This document shows positions 1 to 11,600 of a DNA stretch of 64,000 nucleotides, piece after piece. This stretch comes from a virus. Each line of letters begins with the position of its first letter. Position 1 is the stretch's first letter. Where the stretch lies: the IMG/VR virus record IMGVR_UViG_3300030419_003589, positions 32,001 to 96,000 of that record. One strand, 5' to 3'. The notes under the pieces are model-generated. The model was not told the DNA's origin. It was given only the letters and a program-made list of their open reading frames with translations, and did not search any database. Position numbers and translations under genes: made by a program.

Positions 1-1
1 T

Positions 2-3000
2 GAGGATGTTGTAGATGACTTTATTGATTTCTATGAAGAATATAGCCATACGAGCGGAACAGCAAACCCAGAAGTTCCGGTGCCCGTATCTGGACATGTT
101 AGAGTAGAGAAATACGCATCAGAAAAAATCGTATCGACTACTCGAACGCTTATAAATAACACGCTGGACTCTGGTTATCTGCTAACCACAAACTTCAAAA
201 ATACGCCATATCCAGTTATGAGTGTTATCACTAGTGGTGTTGGTCAAAAATGGGCGAAGTCAAACGCCACAGAGTTCCAGATACCACCAGCCTCTGGCGG
301 TAGGGTTTACATCTTTGAAAAAGAAAGTGGAGTATTTAATTGCGTTCAGTCAATTATACCTTATTCGTATAGAGACCATTGTTTCACAAGAGAGGACGGC
401 GATCCTGACGGCGCATTCTGTGGTCCCAGTACCGAGCCTTTCCTCGGCTCTCTGGAATACAACGATAGATTCGGTCACTCTGTCGCTATAAGTAAGGATA
501 CAAGCATCATTTCAGTAGGATCTCCTTGGACTTATGTTCCGTGTGAGATCTTTGAAAGACAAGACAAAGAAAACACCAGAATGTATAATCACGTCCGCGA
601 CTGGCTTGTCTTTAGAAATCTTCAAATACCTTTGGCTAGATACGATGCATTAGCTTTGGAACATGGTACCGACTATGCTCAAAAACAGACCTATCACGAA
701 CTTGATCCAACTAATAAGTTCTGGCTAAGAACAGATGGTAACTTCTGGGCAGACCCCGACGAAGATCCTGATAATCCGGGAGTTGGCGGCGGCCCGATTG
801 AGTTGTACAAACCTATATATAACTATAAATATGCCGACATTGCCGGTACGGGAACTTGGAGCTTTATTCAGGGAGAATTCTGCGGAAGCTCCAGACTGGG
901 CTATAGCACATCTGTAAGTGACGACGGAGATTCCGTTGCTTTTGGTGCCCCGACAGACTCAATGAACATGTTTGAAGATTCTAATGTTTGGTACAACTTA
1001 GATGGCACGAAGGGTAGCACTTGGGCTTCATATACTAACGCTGGAGCCGTTAGGATGTTTGAGTCAAAAGCATTTGTCCCTCATAGCTCAGTTGTTGAGT
1101 TCACTAGATTTGGAAACCTAGACAGATCTGTACATGTCGAACAGCGAGAAGCTGGCTACTACGATAGAATGGACGTTTATTTCAAACCTAAAAATCTTCC
1201 ATTCAAGAGAACTGAATTTTCAGACTTAGAAATACCTACAGATGCTGGACTCGCATTTATCATTACTCCAGAGATAGACGCTGCTAGCGACGAAATAATC
1301 GCAAATATAAAGAACTGGCTCGCCTTGGGAGACAGAACGCTCGTACTCGTAGGGAACGACCCCCTCTGGGAGGAAGATGGATTATATAGACAATCCAATG
1401 ATATATTAAATAAAGTACTGAAAAAACTTGGCTCCAGAATGAGGATCGAGGCTGCTGATACTGAGTACGAAGCGTTAGTTGGAGCTGGCAATCGTTTTCA
1501 GGAAGCGGACGGGTGTGTAAGTGAAGCGGACGTGTCCGCAGACAGGTATAATGTTACAAAATCAAAAGTTCCCCGAAATTCGCATATCGACTTCTACCCG
1601 TCCCCAGTTGTTCCGGGCAAAATGTTCGCCAAGGGCGTGGGAAAGATTGTTCAAGATCTATCCGACGTAGGTCTTACCGACTACTTTGTGCAATCCCCTT
1701 GTGACGAGTTAAATGAAGAGGTTTGTAACTTGCCACTCAAGGATCGGGGCGATATTAGAGCAGAGTGGTTTGCGCAGACTGTATCGGGGCCGAAATGTGA
1801 CGGCACAGTTAAGTACTGGCATAATTGGCCCTTCCACTATGCTAATAAGAACCAAGCCCAACAGTTTGGTTGTTTTTACCCAGAATCACCAAAGCCTCTA
1901 ATAAACAGGCCTCACGAAGACATCGTTCCCATTCTTACAGCAGCGGAATGGGTTGATTTCTGCTGGTATCGACCAGAGAAGAAAATTTGTAGAAAAGTTA
2001 ATGACTGTCATTTTGAAGAGTACACAATTCCAACTGGTTATAATGTCTGTCACTTTGAGCCGAACCAATTAGAGCGGATAGCTTTCTCCGCCTCCGGAAA
2101 TAACCTGAATAACATTATAGGTGAGAGTCTGCATGACTGGCGCATGGAACTTATTCCGGATGGATGGGACAAAGATGCAGGATTTATAGATCCTGAACCT
2201 GCTCAAGGAAGAGACTGCATATTGCAAGGTGTAGCAAACGTGGTTGAAGAAGTAACCATTGAACAGGAAGAAAAAGTACTATACGACAAATGTCCGATAC
2301 TTGTTGAAGAACCTTACTACTATAAAGACGCTGATGGCAACAAGATAGATGCGAACAACAGGGTGCTCATACTTGCCCATATGAATGGCGAAAGCGAAAG
2401 AGGCTTTACTGACACTCATGGTCCGAACAACCGGGGTGGAAATGACGATCAAAACATAATCTTCTACACAAACTTAGCAAAGAAAGATTGCCAGTCCCCC
2501 GGAGATATAGTACAGCTCGGCGGATGGACCGAGAGAACGTCCTTTGAAGAAGCCTATGAGTATTCAATTCTATCAAGGAAGTTATCATCTTTTGGTTTTA
2601 ACGTGACGGAGAATGCCGTTTATGGAGCAGGGGATGATATTGATGCAACGAAAGTAGTTGACACAGTTTGGGTAGCTAATCCGTACGGTTTACCAACCGA
2701 CACAGATATTGAAGTTCTAAAGAGATGGTTAAAAAATGGCAACAAAAAACTGATTGTTACCTATAATGGGGCATCTCAATTTGACGATCAAAGATTAGCA
2801 GCAAATGTCGCAACGCTTCTTGAAAAACTTGGCCTAGAAAGTAGACCTTGGAGCCTGCCATGTAAGGGAGACTATTTCCGCTATGTGCACCCCGGCTGGC
2901 AACATCCCGACCCCAACGATAGAGATATACACGTTATTAGGGGGTCGAATCTAGAGAAATGTTGTCCATATGATCCATATTACCAGAAAATAGACGCAAC

Positions 3001-6000
3001 GTCCGATATTTTTGACGGTTGCAAGACTGGGTATGGGTGGAACAGCAATTACAACGAGCAACACATGACACAGTGTGAGAAGGTCTCGTTTAAAGCTGAA
3101 CAACCTTCAGACTGGTCATTTGAAGGCGGTAATAATGATAAAGGCTGGTATGATTTTATTCCAATATCCGGAGGAAAGAATGCCAAGGAGCTATTGTGGT
3201 ATAACACCCCTGTGCTAGATGAATGCCCAGTGGTTGACGAGAAGCAGTACTGGTTCATGAATGGTTTAGCCAGTGGTGTATTTGATGTCGAACCGGGATC
3301 TGGTTATAGAATATTTATAGATTGGGTTTCTGAAAATAAAAACGAAATTCGTCCCATAGGCTGCAATATTGAACACGCAGCATCGCTAGGTGTAACTAGA
3401 GAAGAAGATGGAGCGGCAAATTGCCCCTGTTTCTGTAAGGTATGTCAGGACGAAAAACCTTGTGATTGCCACGATACGTCAAAAGAAATTCTTAATGACC
3501 TTCGACAGAACAAAGACACTGACGATTTCTTCACATGTACAACATGGACTCCATTCCGCACGCTCAAAGATAAAATCAGAGAATGGCCTTTGGGCGCAAC
3601 AGAAGTTGGGTTCCCACACCAAGCTTATGCTGATGTTAGGGCGGATAGCACTGGTAAGATCGCAATTGTATTTAATAGCCAGAAATTTAATTCGTCGAAC
3701 CAGCTAAAAGCACATGTTGAAGAGTACGGAGGTTTCCCAAAGACCCCTAGAATTGTATCTATCTCAGGCTGCCCTCTTCCGATATACACAGAAGAAGTGA
3801 ATGAGGAGATTAAGAAATATAGAAGGGTATGCGTTCAGAGAGAAGAATGTGAAATTATTCCCGAGGACAAGGGATGCATAGACGTATTTAGACCTATTAA
3901 ACACCTTAGTGAAGAATATTGCAACGTAGAAGCCCCACCGTGCGAGGAAGATGACGGCAACAACGATGGAGACGGCATGGGCGGAATGGACCCACCTGAA
4001 CAGGACGATCCAAAATGCTGTCCTCCAAGGGGTGAGACTTACATTGAAGACGGTCCAATCATAGCAGCCGAAGAGTTTGAACACTTCACCGCAGGATTAA
4101 ATGGATACCAAAGGTCGAAGATCATAGTGATTACAGACTCTACTTTGGTACAAGGCCAGTGCGAGCACTATAGAAACGATTCCGTTGGCGAGAATCAGAA
4201 TTTTCTTAGGAGTTTGTATCCAATTAGCCCCCATAAGAGAACTGGAGAAGAGTTAGGATTTAATTGGGATGTAGTATCTAGCGATAGGCAGTTCCAATTC
4301 GCTCAAAAGCTTCGCGCCCCAGAAAGAGGTAGCCCATCTAAATATAGAGTAGCCAGTGGAATACCAAAGACTGTATTTCCATACTTCGGACTTGATGCAC
4401 TGGTGGGAAGTAAATGTAGCGTAGAGCATTATATAGATAATGAGGATACATACCATCCAGCCGAGCAACTAAATCGTCCGATGGAACCGCTGCAACTTGG
4501 TGAGGAGATAAAGAAGTTTGGACGGGACGTTGCAACTGCCGAGTGGCATCAATTCCCTAAATTTAGCGGTGATTTCTTGGGGTGGGGAACGTATGACTTA
4601 GGTAGTCACAAACAGGACTTCTTAAAGGATGCTTCCCCCGGAGGAGGTATAAATGAACTGATGAAGGTATCTGATGGTACCGATTTCTTAGATCTTGATT
4701 ATTATACCTCTGGATGTCCGGGTGATCTATTTGGATGGTCAGTTGACTTAACAAACAATAAGTTAATAGTAGGTACCCCATTCAATGGTTTTGTCACAGA
4801 GAATGCTGCGAGCGGCATTAGTGGTATAGTACAGTGGCATGAAATTAAGAACGATCCCGGCCCACACAGGTCTGGCCTAAATTTAAGTCAAGAGGGCGGA
4901 GCTGGAGCCGCATTCTACTTTGAGAGGACTACTAGCGGATCAAATGTTGTTAGTGAAAATCTACCTTGGGAATTTAAACAGAAGATTAAACCTAGCAGTG
5001 TCAATGTCGGGCTTGACGGAGCTACCATAGCTTCCCTAACGACCGTTAAGGGTGATCATGATCTTGATGCCGACTTCTCCCTTACTCACGGCGGTAGAAC
5101 AGACAAGTTTGGATACTCTGTAGCAATTGATGCTGACATGGTTGCGATAGGCGCTCCTCATCACGACTACGAGACTCTCCATGAGCATATTTATAGCGGG
5201 GCCGTTGTCACCAACGACCTGAATACTGCGTTCCAAAGAAAGAGCTTTAGTGCCGAATTTGACATACCCTCACATAGATTTTATGACTTAGGAAGTTCTG
5301 GAGTAAGAGTTGATTACTTTGACACTGATAGTGGGGTCATGGTTTTGAATCACGGAGCTGTTTACAACTATAGACATAGCATAGTAGACTGGCAGGAAAG
5401 AACTAAAGAGTGGATCTTTGGAGAAAAGCTGGTTTCACATGGTCATCACGCTAGATCGGGAAGTTACTATGTCGGATCTAACCTGACCGCTAGCGGATGT
5501 GAAAACGATTCGTTTGGTCGTTCTGTTTCATTATTTAGATCAGAAAGAGGGGATAGCGATTACACCTTGGCTGTTGGCTCTCCATTCCATGATCATCCTA
5601 CAAGCGGAAACCATATAACAAGCGGAGTAACGGACGCCGGAGCAGCATATTTATATGACGCAATGTTAAGAGAGCAAATTCCAGCTCTACCTAACTCTGG
5701 AAGCTGGATTGATGTTAAAATATTTGGAGCAAGAACAGCAGATGGAATGAATATGTTAACGAATAGGGTTTACCAAAACACTGATGGTGAACCAATAACA
5801 TATCTCACATCAGGCTATGTTTACGCTAATCCACATGGAGACTTGTATATAGAAGCTTCTGGCTTTGACCCCTCTATCAAGGGGTTTGTAGCCCACAGAC
5901 CATTTGTAGAGTCTGTTATAGGAGACTTCGTTGGCGGAGAAGGTGTTACCGGCTCCTTGAACCTCATTACATCTGGAAAACCAGTAGATGTGAACGCATC

Positions 6001-6205
6001 TATGAACGTGATGTTATCTGGCGCTCCGTCCGCTAATGTGTATAATAATATGAACTTAAGGACTTTTGGCGTGTCTGGTTCCCCAAGCGGAGACATGGTA
6101 CTCTTTACTTTAGCTCCAAGTGGTGCTTCTAGTGGAACCCTCAATTTGAACGTAACTAGCACCCAAACTACGGAAAACCTAAATTTAAGACTTAGGGGTA
6201 AATAA
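2..6205 (+). CDS. Giant probable virion (tail/adhesin-like) protein with FG-GAP-type beta-propeller repeats; 5'-partial, >2067 aa
   Basis: The frame is open from base 2 (EDVVDDFIDF...) to the GTG at 80, so the gene starts upstream of the window. Repeated FG-GAP-like motifs: DRFGHSVAIS..VGSP, LGYSTSVSDDGDSVAFGAP, GDLFGWSVDL..LIVGTP, DKFGYSVAID..VAIGAP, DSFGRSVSL..LAVGSP, with AGA(V/A)(R/F/Y)xF/Y partners. Confidence 0.7.
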   Translation, partial: EDVVDDFIDFYEEYSHTSGTANPEVPVPVSGHVRVEKYASEKIVSTTRTLINNTLDSGYLLTTNFKNTPYPVMSVITSGVGQKWAKSNATEFQIPPASGGRVYIFEKESGVFNCVQSIIPYSYRDHCFTREDGDPDGAFCGPSTEPFLGSLEYNDRFGHSVAISKDTSIISVGSPWTYVPCEIFERQDKENTRMYNHVRDWLVFRNLQIPLARYDALALEHGTDYAQKQTYHELDPTNKFWLRTDGNFWADPDEDPDNPGVGGGPIELYKPIYNYKYADIAGTGTWSFIQGEFCGSSRLGYSTSVSDDGDSVAFGAPTDSMNMFEDSNVWYNLDGTKGSTWASYTNAGAVRMFESKAFVPHSSVVEFTRFGNLDRSVHVEQREAGYYDRMDVYFKPKNLPFKRTEFSDLEIPTDAGLAFIITPEIDAASDEIIANIKNWLALGDRTLVLVGNDPLWEEDGLYRQSNDILNKVLKKLGSRMRIEAADTEYEALVGAGNRFQEADGCVSEADVSADRYNVTKSKVPRNSHIDFYPSPVVPGKMFAKGVGKIVQDLSDVGLTDYFVQSPCDELNEEVCNLPLKDRGDIRAEWFAQTVSGPKCDGTVKYWHNWPFHYANKNQAQQFGCFYPESPKPLINRPHEDIVPILTAAEWVDFCWYRPEKKICRKVNDCHFEEYTIPTGYNVCHFEPNQLERIAFSASGNNLNNIIGESLHDWRMELIPDGWDKDAGFIDPEPAQGRDCILQGVANVVEEVTIEQEEKVLYDKCPILVEEPYYYKDADGNKIDANNRVLILAHMNGESERGFTDTHGPNNRGGNDDQNIIFYTNLAKKDCQSPGDIVQLGGWTERTSFEEAYEYSILSRKLSSFGFNVTENAVYGAGDDIDATKVVDTVWVANPYGLPTDTDIEVLKRWLKNGNKKLIVTYNGASQFDDQRLAANVATLLEKLGLESRPWSLPCKGDYFRYVHPGWQHPDPNDRDIHVIRGSNLEKCCPYDPYYQKIDATSDIFDGCKTGYGWNSNYNEQHMTQCEKVSFKAEQPSDWSFEGGNNDKGWYDFIPISGGKNAKELLWYNTPVLDECPVVDEKQYWFMNGLASGVFDVEPGSGYRIFIDWVSENKNEIRPIGCNIEHAASLGVTREEDGAANCPCFCKVCQDEKPCDCHDTSKEILNDLRQNKDTDDFFTCTTWTPFRTLKDKIREWPLGATEVGFPHQAYADVRADSTGKIAIVFNSQKFNSSNQLKAHVEEYGGFPKTPRIVSISGCPLPIYTEEVNEEIKKYRRVCVQREECEIIPEDKGCIDVFRPIKHLSEEYCNVEAPPCEEDDGNNDGDGMGGMDPPEQDDPKCCPPRGETYIEDGPIIAAEEFEHFTAGLNGYQRSKIIVITDSTLVQGQCEHYRNDSVGENQNFLRSLYPISPHKRTGEELGFNWDVVSSDRQFQFAQKLRAPERGSPSKYRVASGIPKTVFPYFGLDALVGSKCSVEHYIDNEDTYHPAEQLNRPMEPLQLGEEIKKFGRDVATAEWHQFPKFSGDFLGWGTYDLGSHKQDFLKDASPGGGINELMKVSDGTDFLDLDYYTSGCPGDLFGWSVDLTNNKLIVGTPFNGFVTENAASGISGIVQWHEIKNDPGPHRSGLNLSQEGGAGAAFYFERTTSGSNVVSENLPWEFKQKIKPSSVNVGLDGATIASLTTVKGDHDLDADFSLTHGGRTDKFGYSVAIDADMVAIGAPHHDYETLHEHIYSGAVVTNDLNTAFQRKSFSAEFDIPSHRFYDLGSSGVRVDYFDTDSGVMVLNHGAVYNYRHSIVDWQERTKEWIFGEKLVSHGHHARSGSYYVGSNLTASGCENDSFGRSVSLFRSERGDSDYTLAVGSPFHDHPTSGNHITSGVTDAGAAYLYDAMLREQIPALPNSGSWIDVKIFGARTADGMNMLTNRVYQNTDGEPITYLTSGYVYANPHGDLYIEASGFDPSIKGFVAHRPFVESVIGDFVGGEGVTGSLNLITSGKPVDVNASMNVMLSGAPSANVYNNMNLRTFGVSGSPSGDMVLFTLAPSGASSGTLNLNVTSTQTTENLNLRLRGK

Positions 6206-8058
6206 TGCCTATTAGAATCAGATATCAGAATGACCCAGCTCAAGAGTGTACCATAAGACCTACTCCTCTGGTCAGTATTAACTCAAATGTACTGAAGAAT
6301 GGAGCGGGAGAAGCGTTTGGCGTCACCTATACAATAACTTTAAATGGTACATTGTTACCAGACGAGGGGTCTCCGTACGCACTGGATAGCACCTCGACAC
6401 AAGGCGGGGCTTTTGACAGTCCGTACCCATTTCATGACGCGGGAAGCTTTGGCGGGACTAATCCTGCCCCAACGCATGTTGGCCCCTATAAGGCGTTTGA
6501 CAGCAATAGGTCTCACACGGGGATAAGCAAACCCCCAAAACAGGTAGTCCCCACTAACGATCTTGCTACGGCGATATTATCCAAACAGAGGGCTATGAAA
6601 GCTCTATTCGCACAAGACGGTCAAAGATTTGAAATTACAGATATTAGAGAAGACTTACCCGCTGTAATATGTTACCCCAGAATAACTAGCGTTAATTTTA
6701 CTGAAGGCACATACATAACTAAAGCCGAGTATTCAATAACTATGGAGGCTGACATACTACTCCATAAAGAGCCCGCAGGGTTTAAACCAGACCTAGACGG
6801 AACACTTATCCCCATAGGCAGTGGCGATCAAGACAGGAAGTATCCCAAGACGACTCAGGCCGGAACTGAGAACAATCTTATAGTTGCTTTAAGCGGGGCG
6901 TTTATACAAAATTACGGAGAAACTTGGGCAATAGAAGTAGATGATAGTAGTCAAGGTGAAGTAATTGATCTAGAGAACGAGATCGTTGCTCCAAGGTCGT
7001 ATAGGATATCGCACTCCATAAATGCCACCGGAAAAACTCACTATGCGCATAAGAATACCGGTCTTCCAGACAAGATACCAGCGTGGGAGTCGGCCAGAAA
7101 ATTTGTAACAAACCGTCTTAATAGAGAGGCTACAGCGAACTACCCCAATAAATTTCCTACGGTTGGTGGCGTAGAAATCATTGGTAGCGGCACATTAGAC
7201 CTAATTAATAAATATGGCGGATATAATTTAGTAAGAACAGAGAATATAGATGAGGCCGGTGGATCATATTCCGTCACTGAGAATTGGTTCCTTTGTAGCG
7301 GCGTTGCCTATGAGAAGTTTGATCTAAGTGTCAGTTCTTCCAATAGCAGTCCTTTTGTTCAGGTTTCAATAAATGGAAGCATTAAAGGGCTTTCTTCGTT
7401 TAGTCCTAGCGGTACCATTAATGGTGGTTCAGATACCAGAGCGATAACAGGTGGCGGCTCTGGAGTAACAGCGTACAGTAATGCCCTAAGTAAATATAAT
7501 GAAATAACAAATTCAGGCTTCTTTGGTGTTGGCAGTCATGCTTATAAACGAGCAAACAACATGGTTGCAGTAGCGTTAAACTCACAGCCCGCCAGTGTAA
7601 ATATAGGCGCTAATAAATTTACCGGAGATTTAACTTATGCATTGGCATTTGACAATAGACCAACTAATATAATATCAGGAGCGTTATCAGAAGACATACA
7701 GGTTAATGATACTTACCCCGGAGATGTATTCGCGGTAATTCCGGTCCTAGGAAGAAAGACTGGCCCTGTATTGCAATATATTGGAGGCAGAACGGAGCAC
7801 AAGAGAGACGTTTCCGTGAGTTTAGTAATGGATTATACAAAGATACCCTACGGTTCCGGTAGAGACCCAATGATAATGAAGAAGCCTAGCGTTGTAGAGC
7901 CTACAGCAAGCCAATTAGCTACACTGCTGAAAGAGCTGAGTCCACAACAAGAGCCGGGGGTTAGGAAATGTTTTGTTGGAGCCCCATCAGAAAGCTGGAG
8001 CCCAAAGGCCGGAACGTATAGCTTTAATGTGTCGTTCACATATGAGTTGGATAAATAA
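6205..8058 (+). CDS. Hypothetical protein, probable virion structural protein (617 aa)
   Basis: Long ORF coupled to the upstream gene (TAATG overlap at 6203-6207). Rich in S/T/G and beta-strand-like segments; lies in the co-oriented large-protein block. No family recognised. Confidence 0.55.
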   Translation: MPIRIRYQNDPAQECTIRPTPLVSINSNVLKNGAGEAFGVTYTITLNGTLLPDEGSPYALDSTSTQGGAFDSPYPFHDAGSFGGTNPAPTHVGPYKAFDSNRSHTGISKPPKQVVPTNDLATAILSKQRAMKALFAQDGQRFEITDIREDLPAVICYPRITSVNFTEGTYITKAEYSITMEADILLHKEPAGFKPDLDGTLIPIGSGDQDRKYPKTTQAGTENNLIVALSGAFIQNYGETWAIEVDDSSQGEVIDLENEIVAPRSYRISHSINATGKTHYAHKNTGLPDKIPAWESARKFVTNRLNREATANYPNKFPTVGGVEIIGSGTLDLINKYGGYNLVRTENIDEAGGSYSVTENWFLCSGVAYEKFDLSVSSSNSSPFVQVSINGSIKGLSSFSPSGTINGGSDTRAITGGGSGVTAYSNALSKYNEITNSGFFGVGSHAYKRANNMVAVALNSQPASVNIGANKFTGDLTYALAFDNRPTNIISGALSEDIQVNDTYPGDVFAVIPVLGRKTGPVLQYIGGRTEHKRDVSVSLVMDYTKIPYGSGRDPMIMKKPSVVEPTASQLATLLKELSPQQEPGVRKCFVGAPSESWSPKAGTYSFNVSFTYELDK

Positions 8059-8060
8059 AC

Positions 8061-8642
8061 ATGCCAGATCCTAATGAAAACTGTGACAGCAGAGGTAAAG
8101 TCAGAGATGACAGATACGGGTTTCCTCATTATTTTTATTGTGACCCCGGCCTACCGCTAGACGAAGAATATTCAAAGGCGAATCCTTGGAATGGAGCGCC
8201 TTTTGGTGTAGGTGTTCAGCGTGACCAAACCCCTGTTATGCCTTCTGCGGAAGTACACTTCTTTGATTATTCACAACATCAAGAGAATATACAAAAAGTT
8301 GCGGGCGGACCGAGCGGAATAAATTTCCTTTTTCCCTCTCCATCTTCCGTTTCGGCAGTCGCAGAGTCCCAGTATAGCCCGGAGTGGTGGGCTGTATCTG
8401 GAATATATAAAACGTTTGGGGCCGATGTACAGGTAACAACCGATCCAGACCAAACAGGAATATTTCACTTTGATAATTTAAAAGGACAATTTAGCACTCT
8501 AGGAACTAAGGATGTTGCCGTTGACTTTAATATCTTTTTTCCATTTGTGCATCACGGAAACGCTACAGAGCCAACTTTAATGGCTATCCCCTACGTGTCG
8601 GATTATATTATAGCAACACCTTATTTTCCGTATCCAGTTTAA
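8061..8642 (+). CDS. Hypothetical protein (193 aa)
   Basis: Fills the gap between two long + strand genes with 2- and 10-nt spacers. Confidence 0.6.
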   Translation: MPDPNENCDSRGKVRDDRYGFPHYFYCDPGLPLDEEYSKANPWNGAPFGVGVQRDQTPVMPSAEVHFFDYSQHQENIQKVAGGPSGINFLFPSPSSVSAVAESQYSPEWWAVSGIYKTFGADVQVTTDPDQTGIFHFDNLKGQFSTLGTKDVAVDFNIFFPFVHHGNATEPTLMAIPYVSDYIIATPYFPYPV

Positions 8643-8652
8643 GGAAGGAACT

Positions 8653-11600
8653 ATGTCTGAAAATTTATTAGGAATTGTTGCCCCAAGCGGGGAATATGCC
8701 GAAGGTTGGCCGTCGCAATTCGTATTGCCCCAAGGCATTAATGGCGACATGTCAGATGCCGGATGGAAAGAAGGGGCAGAGGGATTTCCTCAACAAACCT
8801 TCCTCGGCGCCTCCATTAGAAACTTTAATATAAATGCTGGTTTCGGAGATAGTACATCTACACTTTCTGTTGACTTAGTTAATGATGAGTTTAACCTATC
8901 CGATGAAACGTTAATGGGTAGCGGAGACGACCCCTACCACAATGGTGACTCAGACCAGTTCAGGCCGCCAGTCGTTGGTACGCCCGTTTTCTTCAAATTT
9001 GGTGGCAATCCAGCCTCTGTAGAGCAGGCTTGGAGAAAGACATTCGACGACCTGTACGGAATAGATACTATAGATGAACCGGTTGATTTCCCCACTATCA
9101 CCACTGCCGGTGAAATAAAAAGAATTCCCGCCCCTCATCACTATCTGAGAAAAATAGAAAACAAGGGAACACCTAATCAAGTAAATACATGGGTGAATAA
9201 AAGCGCCCTTTATGATCCGGAAACTCAATGGAGAGGTAAGGATCACCTCGTATTTGGAGGTATCCTGCAAAGCTATACTCAGAACAGAGGTCCGGGTGGT
9301 AATCCATTATATTCAGCACAGATTACAGACCCTAGAGAGATACTTTCAAACGCAGTGGTTCTTTTAAGTAACTATGCTGGAACTACGTTCAACAACAAAA
9401 ACCTACTTAATGTATTTGGGTTTTTGGAACATGACCCCAGTGAGCCCACAAAAAAGGCAATAGAGGGGCTTGCATTAAGTAAGAATGTTGTAACAAAAGT
9501 TATTAATCCGCTAACCGGTAATTTTATTTATACCGGAGATGATAACTATCATTTTGAAAAACCGGCCTTCAAGGGTACCTTTTTTACTGGGACTGGTCAC
9601 GTTCACTTTCCAGATACAATAGGTGAAACCTTTCCGATTACTGGCCAAGGCTTCGCCCGTAGAAGCGAAAGAGGAATGCCTTGGTATAGGATACGGGATG
9701 GGTTAAACGCTTTAATGGGTGTCAATGGATTCTTACCCACTGAGTATGTCGAGGCTGGCTATGGCGGAGCAATAGATTTTAGGGGCTATAAATATATAGT
9801 TGACTTTAGTGGTATTCCAAGTGAGCTTATACCTGACTCCTTCTTCTTTGACTTTGATCAAACAGACCTTCTTTCTTTATCTCAAGAGATCTGTGATATT
9901 ATCAGTCACGAATTATTTGTAACATTACTTCCAGTGATTGACCACCCAAGCTGTAAAGTTATTCATGACTTCAATACCAACATTATAAGATTCTTTCCGC
10001 AGTTCCGATCTCAGATGATTGCTGGTATAATTAGAGTAGATGCTATTGATAAAAGAAAGCCGCCCACTTATGGTGCGATAAAATCATATCTAGACTTTTT
10101 GCTTGCTAGAGGTGTTGAAGTAGAGAATCAAGATGTTGGTTACGAACTATCTAATGTCACAACTGATAAATTCGTTGTTGGTGGCCAAGAAACAAATATG
10201 TACTACTTCTCAGCAGCTAAAGATAGAAATGACATGGAGGTTAGAAAGCACAAAGACGGACAAACTAACAAGCTGGCATTGCTTGAGAGAGAGAAATGGT
10301 CTCTAGATACAATGCTAAAGCAACAGGTGTTGCCGTTCTACGGATTTCTTGGTCCAGAAAAGGCTGTTACTATCCCAAAGGGCTTTGGCTCTTATCAGCA
10401 AATCCTACTCGATGCGACCAACCTAAACGCTTTTGGTGTAGGCAACTATTATGTAGCTACCGAGATTGAGCTTAGAGCCGCCCTCGTTTCTTACCAACAG
10501 TGGAAAAATTTCTTATTGCAATATGATGAACAGTGGATGAGGAAGCTCGAAGGCCCGATAAAACACTTTGATCAGCATGTACCGGCTGACGTTGCCGCCG
10601 AGATTGCGGACGCTGGGATGAGTGACGATGTTACAGAAATGTTTAAAGCGTGTTTTGATGGTAAGTACGGAGTCTCTGTTCCAAGATGTGTGTGGAGATC
10701 GGATAAAAATTACCTTGGGAAGGACGGGTATCCGGCAAGCCCATGTGCTCCTCCGTTTGGTTATCCGCTTTATTATAAGAGGGCTGAAAAGATAGGTGTT
10801 GCCGAAGGGGGAATAGTCTCTGTCTTAAACGCGCAGACAACCCTAATGAGCAACTTAAATCAGCTAAAGGATAAACTAGATACAAATGAGCCATATTTTA
10901 ACACTATAAAAGAGGATGCCCTTGAGGAAGTAAAGAAGATTGAAAAAAGCATAAATGCGAAATGGCTTCAATTCAAGAGAGCATTCTCCAATGATCTGGC
11001 GGCACAAGCAGCCTTTTCCACCATAAATGTTAAACTGTATACGGCGTTAGCGGAGGCCAAGGCATATGTCAAGCAGATCGAAAAAGACTTAAAGCAGGCA
11101 GATGCAGACGACAAGCTTGTTATCGCACATATTAATGACACCATAAGTAATAACAAAAAACTTCTCAAGAACGCTTCCAGAATAGCCAAGAAGGGAGAGA
11201 AGAATGCCCAGAAGGTTTATAACTTTGTTAGGAAGGTGGCGGAAGAGAATTTAGGGAAAAAATTCTTGGTAAAAATCCCCAAGAAGGCAAATATGAACTT
11301 CGATCCAGAAGTCAAATACTGGCAAAAAGGTATTGTCGAAGATAACTCCGGAGATGAGGAAGAGGGTGAAGTTGAACAGCAAGAAAACATGGCCGTATCT
11401 AACGTTAAGAAGGGGCCATTTGGATTTAGGCCACTTCCCGTTACTGCCGGAGCTGCGTATCACATCAGTGGTGAGGCTTGGGAAACTATAATCAAGAATA
11501 TAGGAAAGCGAGTGAAAAATTCGGATGCGTTTGAACATTATTTAGATCCTGACCATAAGACAGGAAACGCTAGTTTTCCGAATGGATACACCAATGGGGC

